Shown here: positions 27,158 through 39,111 of the stretch, in pieces
Layout: each line of letters starts with the position of its first letter
How positions within the stretch are numbered: position 1 is the first letter of the stretch
Position numbers and translations under genes: made by a program
The notes under the pieces: model-generated
What the model saw: only the letters and a program-made list of their open reading frames with translations
Databases searched by the model: none
Told to the model about the DNA's origin: nothing
Origin: Saccostrea cucullata
Taxonomy: Eukaryota
Length of the DNA: 64,000 nucleotides
Assembly (NCBI RefSeq): GCF_032062105.1
Contig: NW_026929738.1
Location: 1 to 64,000, forward strand
Reading direction: 5' to 3'

Positions 27158-30100
27158 TGTGAAGGGAGATTCTTCTGTTGTCCAAATAAAATGATTGATC
27201 ATATTAATGCAAAAAATGCATGTCTATATATGTAATGTGTTCCAATATATAATACGTATTTTAAAATACATTAATTTTTATGGGGGTTAATTTTCGTTGT
27301 TTTAAATAAAGAGATTTATGTAAACTAAAATGTTACTTTTCACATTTTTATTACTCCTCAAATCTGCGTCCACGAAATGAAATTCCCATGAACCTACTTT
27401 TTTTTCACGAAACCACGAAAATTTGACCCCAAGAAAATATTTGAATTTACAGATACGTTGAGTAGGTAATTAGTCAAATGTCTCCATGGATATCTCCCGC
27501 CCCATTTCACGGTTTCAGATATGCATCGACCATTTTGTAGGCACGTGCATGAGATCAGCCCAATCCGATTATTCTGTACGGAAAAATGCCAAAGAGTCCA
27601 TTTCCTCGTTCAACAACTGCTCCAATTTTAAAGCAGTGAAGATCTCCATCCTTGTTCAGATATCTTTTAAAATGGTTTACGGAGCAGCCCCACCCCTGCA
27701 CTCTGGGCTTCAACACTTGATTAGATAAAGAGAGTTCTAGGTTAATGTAAATAAGAACAAGCAAATTCAAAGAATTGTGGTCCCCCGCTTTCGGTGTCTT
27801 TTTGGGTGAGATGTCATTTTTTTATGACATTTTGTGTCTAATATGAACGCCCTATCATAAGTCATCTATTTAGAAATTATCACTGAACTCCAAGGTCAAG
27901 GTCAAAGGGTTAACGTTCTTGGTATCCAATGAAAAGTTTTCTCAGAAGGATTACATATGTGAAGTATGAAAGCCCTAGCCCTTACCATTCAAACGTTATG
28001 GTCAAAGTTAATCTCCAAGGTCAAGGTCAAAAGGTCAAGGTTGTTGGTATCCAATAAAAGGTCTTGCTACAAAGAATACATATGTGAAATATGAAAGTCC
28101 TAGTAGATACCATTCAAAAGTTATGGCCAAAGTAAAAGTTTGGAATTTTTGTGTAAAAGTGGGTCAAACTCCAAGGTCAAGGTCAAAAGGTCAAATTTGG
28201 TGATACCCAAAGAAAGGTCTTGTCACAAGAAATACACATATGAAATATGAAAGTCATAGCTCCACTATATCAAAAGTTATGGGCATGGTTTAAGTTTTTG
28301 TGACGGACGGACAGACTGACAGACGAATGAGATTTAATGTCCCCTCGCTTTCGGGAAAGCGGGGGACAAAAAAAGTTATTATCTAAAGGGACATATATTG
28401 TGTCCAAAAAAGTCGTTTTACGACCCCAAGTTTGAAACAAAAAATTCAAAGTCTTATAGATCAACTCAAAGATAACTACCAATCAAGATCTTAAAGATAA
28501 TTTGGTCACTTCATGTTTTTTGAAAGGAGTTCTGGGAACCAGGTTTTCCTGCATATGGAGAAGCGCTCTTTGACCCCGATTTGCCCCACAACTTGTAAAT
28601 GAAAATTCCAAAACCACTTCCTAGAAAACATCATGCCCTTAACAGGAAAGGATAGGTCTTTCCAGATGGATTCACAAAGCCCGGGTTTGGTCATCCTTTC
28701 TGGAAGGTATTCGATCATGTGGGACCTTCATACATGTGCGTTCATAACAACTTGGTATACCAACGTAGCTAGAATCAAGGTTTGGTGTTATTTGCTGTTT
28801 TCTTCTCTCTTTTTTTAAATTATGCGAACAATCGCGAAATATTCACACGCAATTACGTATGTTAAATGATATGAATGTCTAACTGTATAAAACATTTGGT
28901 GGATTTCATTTGATACTCCAATTGCAAACTTAAGTACAAATAATTCCTTCTTCATTACATCTTTCTTATTTGTGTACTATTCAGATTTTCCTTGTAAACT
29001 TAATGACCTTATATGATAGGACAGGGATTGCTAGATTTTCAGGCACCTTAAAATTTTAGTCGAAAATTTACAGTACCGGTTCTGCTTTCGATAAACCGTG
29101 TTGTCATTATGGCATTTAAAACAATCGTGAGTTTTGTCTTTTTAAGTTTCATACACTTTGTTCCTGTAAGATGAATTTTTGGTAAGCATTATGTATTTGA
29201 AAGAACTTGATAGTATTTTGCAAGATGTCAGTAGATTTTACTCAAGTAAACCAATTATCTCAAGTATACCCAATGTCTTCATTAAATACATGTAACTTAC
29301 AATAAAGAAGATTCAAAAATAAGTCAGAATAAATCAATAAATATTATGAATATACATTTTAGAGCTTTAATACTTTACAAATATATTATTTGCACGTCCC
29401 TCTTTGAGGGGTATTTTATAGGGATGATGCCTTATGTCGAATCTAGTTTTGAGTCTTCAAGTTATACATTATCCAACAAATGATTTTTTTTGCACGTTGC
29501 AACACATATAAGAACATCTTTTAAAAATATTTTCGGTAAATTGTTCGGTTAAATGGTTGATTCTTGTCGGCTTTATATCATTATAAAGAAATACGGTTGA
29601 CAGGATTTGTCCAACTTTTGAAACTGGTAGAAGTAGGAATGCTTCAATGTCAAACTCTTGGGATAAACCCATACAATAATGAGAAAGTTTCGTCTGACCT
29701 TGCGCATATGCATATGATCTTATCAGTAACTCTGAATTCATGTGACTTGATTTTTTTCCAATGAGGTTTGAAAGTCTGTTTATATTCACTTTGTATGAAG
29801 CTGGTCTCCTTAATGCTATTCGTGTCAGGGGAGCTTAAAATGTTGTATACCCCTATTTTGACCCCCTCAGCAATTAGACTTTCAACGGAGCTCCAAAATA
29901 CCTGTCAAGTGAAAGCCTTCTAGTACATGTATTTAAATCACCCGAGTCATTCAGGTGACCTCTCCGCTTTTGTCCGTCGTCGTCCGTTGGGTGTTATCAT
30001 TTTATCTTTTTCAACTTTTTCTCTTGTTCTGCTGAACCAGTTTCAACCAATTTGGACAGGAAGCCAAAGGGTTACAAAATTCGTGAATTTCACCCCCCCC

Positions 30101-30901
30101 AAAAAAAACCTCCAAGGGGTGGGGCGAAAACCACCAAAATTAATGCAAACGTTATTTCGCGACATCAAACATTCAAACTGTTGGAATGATTGAAATAAGC
30201 ATTGAGCCCTCTAACAGAATTGTGAAATTCATGGCCTGATGTCAGGGGATCTGGTTCTAGGGCGGGGCTATATAGATGATATAATGAAAAAGCAAAATTC
30301 CTCAGAAAATCTTCTTTTCTACTCCTGTATGTTATAAATAAACGAACTACTCGTAAAAATATAGTTGTGATGATTAGGATTCCTCCTCTAAAATTTTGAA
30401 TTTCATTGTCACTTGATCAGAGGTTCCGGTTGTGGGCTCTATTGATTACAAATGTATTGTGAACAAAATGAGATCATTGCTATGACAGAGCGAGAGCGAG
30501 AAAGCTTCTTCCAAAATTGTGAATTTCTTGGCCCTTGGGTCTCTGGTACTAGAGCGGGGTTATATACGATCATGTAGTAAAATAATTTTCTTTGAAAATT
30601 TTTCTCTTCTCCTGGGTATTAAAAACTTACTTAACCCTATGAAAATCTATGATTTGCTCTCCATAAAAAAACGCATTAATTCTGTTAAAAATCCCTGACT
30701 TCTCCTTAGAATTGAGTTGAGCAGATAAAAACGTCCATATCCCGGTAGTTATGATGATCAAGGGTGCTTCTTAAAAAATTTAAACTTGTCCCATATTTTA
30801 AAATGACCTTACACTTGATAAATTAATAACTTCAAGTTTTTCTTTTTGATTTATGATTAGTTAATCCAGTTAAAAATAAAAAACTTTATCGAACCCTCAA
30901 C

Positions 30902-33900
30902 TTAAATATAAAGTAAATCGGCGGGCTCGTCGATAGGGGCATCAATAACAATTTGGAGAGGTCTTGAAAACTGTTTAGGGCGCACATTGTTGTGTTCAGA
31001 GTTTACGCTGTCATTAGATAATGTGCTGGGACTTCTGGTTGGACTCGGTACCGTTCTAAAACTGTTACTCGGAGAAACCTGGTTTTTATGCACAGTCTCT
31101 GGTCGAGTGATTCCATTTCTTTCTGTTTCAGAGATTGTTATTCCATTTCTCACAGTAACGTTGCTTGGTTTTGTCTCGTTTACTCTTTTATTTGGTCGTC
31201 TGCCCCCGATGGTGGGTGCACGAATTGTGACGTCAATGCGTTCGTTTCTGTCCTCGTTGTTCTCAGTTCTGTCTACTCTGATTCTTTCATTATAACTGAC
31301 GGGGATTTGGTTGTGATTTGGTAATGTGGCTTCCTGTACTATCGCTTCATAAGCTGGTGGAGGGGACATTGGTAGAGCCGTCCGGTTAGGGACCGATCCT
31401 GGGGGACCTTCGTCATACGCTGGAGGCCTTAAAGGACCGTCCTCGGGATTGGGTTCTACAATTGTAATAGGTGTAGATTATATACATATATATATGTAAT
31501 ATCCAAAACAGTTGCACAAAAGACACTGATATTCCTGACAAATAAATATGATATACTAGTAAGCAGAAGTCTGGATTGCTGCCGTCCACCAATCTAACAA
31601 ATATATATTTTTAAAAACAACACTGAAAACTGTAGTTCTAAGTGTATAAATTTTTATGTACTATTTCCTCATTTGGCCCATCCCCCTTCCATTAAATTTT
31701 ACCGTAGTATCTCCTGATCCGGACCGCTTCCTCTTCCTGTTCCTGTTGTTGCCGTTGGCGCCTGCGCTCACGGCGTCTCTCCTGTCGCGCAGACTCCGCT
31801 CTCCGGATTCTATCATCGTTTTTCTTTTTTTCACAATAACGTTTAAGACACAATCCGGCGCAAATCAAGGTTAAAAGAAATGCAGGTCCACCCGTGAAAG
31901 ACAAGATTAGAATAAACGTCAGAGTTGTCATGCAACATAGTTCGTCCGGGTCGGTTTTTTCGTTTCCTGTGCTCGGAATGCAGCATCCTCCTATGTCACA
32001 GTATTTAGTTACTACGATTGATCCCTTGAATGTCGCAGTACACGTATCCCCGCCATTACAAACTAAAAAAGATAAAAATATGGTATGAATATCTGATATA
32101 GTCAAAATTGACAACAAGCTTCATCAGACAGACATCTATCTGTCAGTCCGAGGCGAAGAAAACTAATTTTGCGAATTGTTATTGGTGAAATCTCATGTTC
32201 TATTGAACAAAAGTTCTTTGTACCGTCATACACTATACACAAGTACACTACACTAGAACTCAGTACGGTCATACACAAGTAAACTACACTAGGATTCAGT
32301 ATCCTCATACACAAGTAGACTACACTACAACTCAGTATCCTCATACACAAGTAGACTACACTAGAAGTCAGTATCCTCATAAACAAGTAGGCTACACTAG
32401 GTCTCAGTATCCTTATACACAAATAGACTACACTAGGTCTCAGTATCCTTATACAGAAGTAGACTACACTAGGACTCAGTATCCTCATACACAAGTAGAC
32501 TACACTAGAACGCAGTATCGTCATACACAAGTAGACTACACTAGAAGTCACTATCCTCATACACAAGTAGACTACACTAGAACTCTGTATCCCATACACA
32601 AATAGACTACACTAGGACTCAGTATCGTCATATACAAGTAGACTACACTAGGTCTCAGTATCCTCATACACAAGTAGACTACACTAGGACTCAGTATCCT
32701 CATACACAAATAGACTACACTTAAACTCAGTATCCTCATACACAAGTAGATTACGCTAGAAATCAGTATCCTCATTCACAAGTAGACTACACTAGGTCTC
32801 AGTATCCTCATACACAAGTAGACTACACTAGAAGTCAGTATCGTCATACACAAGTAGACTACACTAGTACTCAGTATTCTCATACACAAGTAGACTACAC
32901 TAGAAGTCAGTATCGTCATACACAAGTAGACTACACTAGGACTCAGTATCGTCATACACAAATAGACTACACTCAAACGCAGTATCCTCATACACAATTA
33001 GACTACACTAGAAGTCAGTATCCTCATACACAAGTAGACTACACTAGGACTCAGTATCGTCATACACAAATAGGCTACACTTAAACGCAGTATCCTCATA
33101 CACAATTACACTACACTAGAAGTCAGTATCCTCATACACAAGTAGACTACACTAGGACTCAGTATCCTCATACACAAATAGACTACACTTAAACTCAGTA
33201 TCCTCATACACAAGTAGATTACGCTAGAAATCAGTATCCTCATTCACAAGTATACTACACTAGGTCTCAGTATCCTCATACACAAGTAGACTACACTAGA
33301 AGTCAGTATCGTCATACACAAGTAGACTACACTAGTACTCAGTATTCTCATACACAAGTAGACTACACTAGAAGTCAGTATCGTCATACACAAGTAGACT
33401 ACACTAGGACTCAGTATCGTCATACACAAATAGACTACACTCAAACGCAGTATCCTCATACACAATTAGACTACACTAGAAGTCAGTATCCTCATACACA
33501 AGTAGACTACACTAGGACTCAGTATCGTCATACACAAATAGGCTACACTTAAACGCAGTATCCTCATACACAATTACACTACACTAGAAGTCAGTATCCT
33601 CATACACAAGTAGACTACACTAGGACTCAGTATCGTCATACACAAATAGGCTACACTTAAACGCAGTATCCTCATACACAATTACACTACACTAGAAATC
33701 AGTATCCTCATACACAAGTAAACTCCACTACAAGTCAGTATCCTCATACACAAGTAGACTACACTAGAAGTCAGTATCGTCATACACAGGTAGACTACAC
33801 TAGGTCTCAGTATCCTCATACACAAGTAGACTACACTAGGACTCAGTATCCTCATACACAAATAGACTACACTAGAAGTCAGTATTCTCATACACAAATA

Positions 33901-35991
33901 GACTCCACTAGGTCTCAGTATCCTCATACACAAGTAGACTACACTAGGTCTCAGTATCCTCATACACAAATAGATTACACTAGAAGTCAGTATCCTCATA
34001 CACAAGTAGACTACACTAGAAGTCAGTATCCTCATACACAAGTAGACTACACTAGAAGTCAGTATCGTCATACACAGGTAGACTACACTAGGTCTCAGTA
34101 TCCTCATACACAAGTAGACTACACTAGGACTCAGTATCCTCATACACAAGTAGACTACACTAGAAGTCAGTATCGTCATACACAAGTAGACTACACTAGG
34201 TCTTAGTATCCTCATATACAAGTAGACTACACTAGGACTCAGTATCGTCATACACAAGTAGACTACACTAGGTCTCAGTATCCTCATACACAAATAGACT
34301 ACACTTAAACTCAGTTTCCTCATACACAAGTAGACTACACTTAGTCTCAGTATCCTCATATAGAAATAGACTACACAAGGTCTCAGTATCCTCATACACA
34401 AGTAGACTACACTAGAACTCAGCATTCTTACACACAAGTAGGCTACACTAGGACTCAGTATCCTCATACACAAGTAGACTACACTAACACTCAGTATCCT
34501 CATACACAAGTAGACTACACTACAACTCAGTATCCTCATACACAAGTAGACTACACTTAAACTCAGTATCCTTATACACAAGTACACTACACTACAACTC
34601 AGTATCCTCTTACACAAGTAGACTACACTAGGTCTTAGTATCCTCATACACAAGTAGACTACACTAGCACTCAGTATCCTCATACACAATTAGACTACAC
34701 TAGAAGTCAGTATCCTCATGCACAAGTAGACTACATTAGAACTCAGTATCCTCATACACAAGTAGACTACACTAGAACTCAGTATCCTCATACACAAATA
34801 GACTACACTAGGACTCAGTATCCTCATACACAAGTAGACTACACTACAACTAAGTATCGTCATACACAAGTAGACTACACTAGAACTCAGTATCCTCATT
34901 CACAAGTAGACTACACTAACATTCAGTATCCTCATACACAAGAAGACTACACTAGGTCTCAGTATCCTTATACACAAGTAGACTACACTAACACTCAGTA
35001 TCCTCATACACAAGAAGACTACACTAGGACTCAGTATCCTCATACACAAGTAGACTACACTAACACTCAGTATCCTCATACACAAGTAGACTACACTAGA
35101 AGTCAGTATCGTCATACACAAGTAGACTACACTAGGACTCAGTATCCTCATACACAAGTAGACTACACTAGGACTCAGTATCCTCATACACAAGTAGACT
35201 ACACTAGAAGTCAGTATCCTCATACACAAGTAGACTACACTAGGTCTTAGTATCCTCATACAGAAGTAGACTACACTAGGTCTTAGTATCCTCATACACA
35301 AGTAGACTACACTAGGACTCAGTATCCTCATACACATAGTAGACTACACTATGACTCAGTATTCTTACACACAAGTAGACTACACTAGGACTCAGTATCC
35401 TCATACACAAGTAGACTACACTAGGACTCAGTATCCTCATACACAAGTAGACTACACTAGGACTCAGTATCCTCATACACAAGTAGACTACACTAGGACT
35501 CAGTATTCTTACACACAAGTAGACTACACTAGGACTCAGTATCCTCATACACAAGTAGTCTACACTAGGACTCAGTATCCTCATACACAAATAGGCTACA
35601 CTTAAACTCAGTATCCTCATACACAAATAGACTACACTAGAAGTCAGTATCCTCATACACAAGTAGAGTACACTAGAAGTCAGTATCCTCATACACAAGT
35701 AGAGTACACTAGAAGTCAGTATCCTCATACACAAGTAGTCTACACTAGGACTCAGTATCCTCTTACACAAGGAAACTACACCAAAACACTGTATCGTCAT
35801 ACAAAAGTTATTTACTGTAAATGATAAAATAAATTCATTTTATTTCAAAAATGACATGGTATGGTTTTCAGAAGGGGTCCGATTGCCACATTGCACTACC
35901 CCTTCTCATTGGTTTTAAATGGCTATTTACTGTTTTTAAAGTTTATACAAAATGGTTTCAAAACATTGTTTCAAAATACTTTTTCTATCAC

Positions 35992-36037
<46 letters not shown>

Positions 36038-36159
36038 CATTTTGTCCGGCGTCCGTCTGTCCGTCTGTCTGTCTGTCCGTCTGTCTGTAAACTTTTCACA
36101 TTTTCGACTTCTTCTCAAGAACCGCTTGGCCAATTTCACGACCAAACTTGCCACAAAGT

Positions 36160-36209
<50 letters not shown>

Positions 36210-36532
36210 CATTCAAGGGGAGATAATTGGAAATTAATGAAAATTTGGTAGCATGTTTTAAAAATCTTCTTCTCAAGAACCACTGTGCCAGGAAAGATGA
36301 AACTTATGGGCAAACATCCTCAGGTAGTGTACATTCAAATTTGTTCAAATCATGACCCCCGGTGGTAGGGCGGGGCCAAAATGGCCGACCAAAGTTTTAC
36401 ATAGAAATGTATAGGAAAATTCTTTAAAAAATCTTCTTCTCAAGAATAGCAAAGCCATGATTGGTCATGGGACTACTTTTGGATTTAAGCTTTTCAAGTA
36501 TAAACCAATTCTGCTTTTTCCTAGCCACAGTG

Positions 36533-36567
<35 letters not shown>

Positions 36568-37901
36568 GATCTGAATGCAGTGATACATGGTACACAAATA
36601 GACTAGTCCAATACTTTTATAAGATTTGTAAGTGTATTTACAAATCTTAATCTGTACAGTATCATTCATCGGTACATATTTTTACTGATTACAGTAGATG
36701 CCGAAACCCCTGCAGAAAAGTTGTAAAATATTCTCGCTTAGAAATCTTAAGTAGAATGAAAAAAATTGTCTTAGTCGTAATTTTAACGAGAATGTGAAAA
36801 TTTTGTCCTACTCCTAAGATATTTTGTTAAAATTGTGTTTTTCTATAAGGAAAGAGATTTATACAGGGCAATCGTCCTCCTATCCCCTGATAAAAAAGCG
36901 CTGTAGAAAATATAATATCAAAGCAAGTCAAAGGATTATGGACATTTATAGTTCAAATCCTAGACACCATAAAATGATATTGATATACATATAAAGCTGT
37001 GAGGAAACTTTGGGCCGCCCTTTTTATTTATTCGAAAGATTGAATATTCCATAAGTTTTGTGAGGATTAGTTGCTGTTGATAGCCGTGTATGTTAACGTA
37101 CAGGTATTTTGCATGAAATAAATAACGCATTGGTGACACTTGAAATGTTCTTTTATAGCCCCCAACCTTCCAATGTATCAAGGTTGTAATTTATATTCTA
37201 ATCGCAGTGTACACAGACTTGGCATGTGAGAACTCTTACCCAACAATTTAAGATAAATGACATTGGAAAATATTATTTATATTGTAAAATTTGAAACACT
37301 AAATTTTAGATTAAGTTTTATAGCTTTATTTTTTATTTTTTGAGTGTGTGTAAGTTCGAGTTCACTATCTAAGGAACAGAATAAGAGAGAGAGAGATGGA
37401 GGGAGAGAGATATTTAAAATATTTTAAAATATGACCATATGCGGTGTATGGTCTTCTGATCAATGAGCTACGATTGAATAGATACACAAATATTCTGAAC
37501 ATCGAGTGTTTACTTTCAATATATCGTAGTAGAATGCACAGACACTCTTAAAAACGAAAGTTTTGTTGACATTGTTTGTAAACGCACGAATTTTTCCCCA
37601 TTTCAATGAAGAAAAAAAAGAAGGGATATTTTTTTAATTTCCTGAAATGGTGTCTTTTGGAAGGTCATTTTAAAATCGAAATAAATGATCTTTAAATTTT
37701 ATAGGATTTGAAGTTTATGACTTGTTAATGAGGAATTACTTGGCGGGAGAGATTCAGATCTCATTTATCTATAGATCTGTATCAAGTTAATTACCTGTCA
37801 AAAGAAATCATCCCCACAAAGAATTTATATACATTACCTGATACCAGAAATCCAACCCAAACTGCACTCTTGAACAAAATTGAAACGCAGAAAAAATTCA
37901 T
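30902..37901 (-). CDS. Shisa-like (WBP1/VOPP1/CYYR1-type) single-pass membrane protein with PPxY motifs, about 325 aa; exons 37901-37838, 32062-31703, 31455-30902
   Basis: Signal-peptide exon MNFFCVSILFKSAVWVGFLVS; ectodomain C..C..CC..CC; hydrophobic segment with juxtamembrane Cys; Arg/Glu-rich stretch; two PPAY motifs. Both introns are GT-AG phase 1 and the frames join. Confidence 0.8.
32225..35808. repeat. 36-bp minisatellite, about 99 copies; consensus CACAAGTAGACTACACTAGGACTCAGTATCCTCATA
   Basis: Direct reading; the 12-aa periodic ORFs in the track are its translation. Confidence 0.98.
35992..36567 (+). mobile_element. Well-preserved non-autonomous Helentron/HINE (pearl/CvA-like)
   Basis: TTTTAGCTCACCTGAGCCGAAGGCTCAAGTGAGC, (GTCY)n, about two core repeats, then CTCAGGTGAGCGATGTGGCCCATGGGCCTCTTGTT. 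Confidence 0.85.
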
Positions 37902-39111
37902 TTCCAAAAGAATTTAAAGGAAGCAAGTCCTGCCATCTTCAAAAATTATGAAGATTTTGCCCAGAATTTCTTCCAAGTTAAGGCATTGCCTTTTCGATAC
38001 ACAAAAAATCACCAATTCAAATCAACCGAAAACCTCCAAGTTCCACTCGCGGGGATCAACAAACTGTGCGTGTATTTGGAACAAAGACGGAACTTTAAAG
38101 AAAAGAAATGTATCTTTAGATCGCGTCGTAGCAAACGGGTATTGTCTTACGTTTTTGTTCTTGGGCCTAAGTTGGCAATTCTTAATAAATATTTTTGCCA
38201 ATGGATTGTTTTATTCGGACAAATTTACATCTTTATAGATGCCCCCATTTTCCACGGATGACTTGGTTTAAGCAAGGGGCGTTTACCTCAAAGTGCATTG
38301 TATAAAAAGGTGTTTTAATACTTGCAATTAATGCAGCGTAAATGAAATCCGTGAAAAATTCATTCTAGCACGTTCAATGAGATAAAGTTAATACATTTTC
38401 TCAATACAATGACTGCCTAATTATTCTCATAAAGTTCAATTTTTAGGCGTATGCTGTCCAAATACTGGGACTAAAATAAAAATTGTTTTTATCCAAGAAC
38501 GGTTCGATACAAAAACCGAGTATTTTCATAATCAAGTGATGTCATATTTTATGCCTAATGGTTGCAATAATTGAGCCAAGATTTTATATAAAACGGAGCT
38601 CAAGCACCGATAGATATGAAGGGTGATAACATACCTTTATTTTTGTCCTTTACATAGATCATGAAATGATAATACCTTTTTTAATAGTTTTAAAGTCTAC
38701 CTAACATGTATCATGCTAATTTGATAGCGCTTTTCGACAATCAATCATTTGTCCTAGTTTGATTTTGGCACGTTCTCTTTCGCTTTGAGTTCTTCAGAAA
38801 AACAAATGTTATTGGGTATACTCCTCGCCATTCCTGTATCAATTTTAAAGGACTTAATGCACGATTTAAAAAAAATCGTAATTTTATGAAAAATATTATC
38901 TTAATCTACAACCCTGTTAATTAAAATACTCAAATACAATTAACGTTTTTGAAAGCATATTTCAAGCTTTCAAAACTTTTTTCGGTAACCTACATGCATT
39001 ACCGGATAGTTTTCAGTAGCTAATACACGTTCAACTTTGCACAAAGACCTACTTTTCCTGCAATCTGATCAAACTACCAATTATACAGCGCAGATACAAA
39101 TATTACTGTGT

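Noticed and set aside
27470-28790. GC-richer, exon-looking stretches at about 27470-27740 and 28500-28780
   Set aside because: All frames are interrupted by stops and I recognise no domain, including no integrase DDE core. Possibly a decayed gene or TE, but unsupported without a search.
33682-34689. Resemblance of CMRILTSSVVYLC to the C2H2 linker HMRIHTGEKPYxC
   Set aside because: No His ligands or GEKP, and the 12-aa period cannot form zinc fingers; treated as coincidence.
32102-35800. Long repetitive ORFs (MRILSPSVVYLC)n on minus and (TQVDYTRTQYPH)n on plus
   Set aside because: Products of a 36-bp unit that is a multiple of 3. Both strands contain scattered stops and frameshifts, and the host gene splices cleanly across the array.
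32225-35808. CRISPR-like array (36-bp repeat)
   Set aside because: Units are head-to-tail with no unique spacers, the context is eukaryotic and there are no cas genes.
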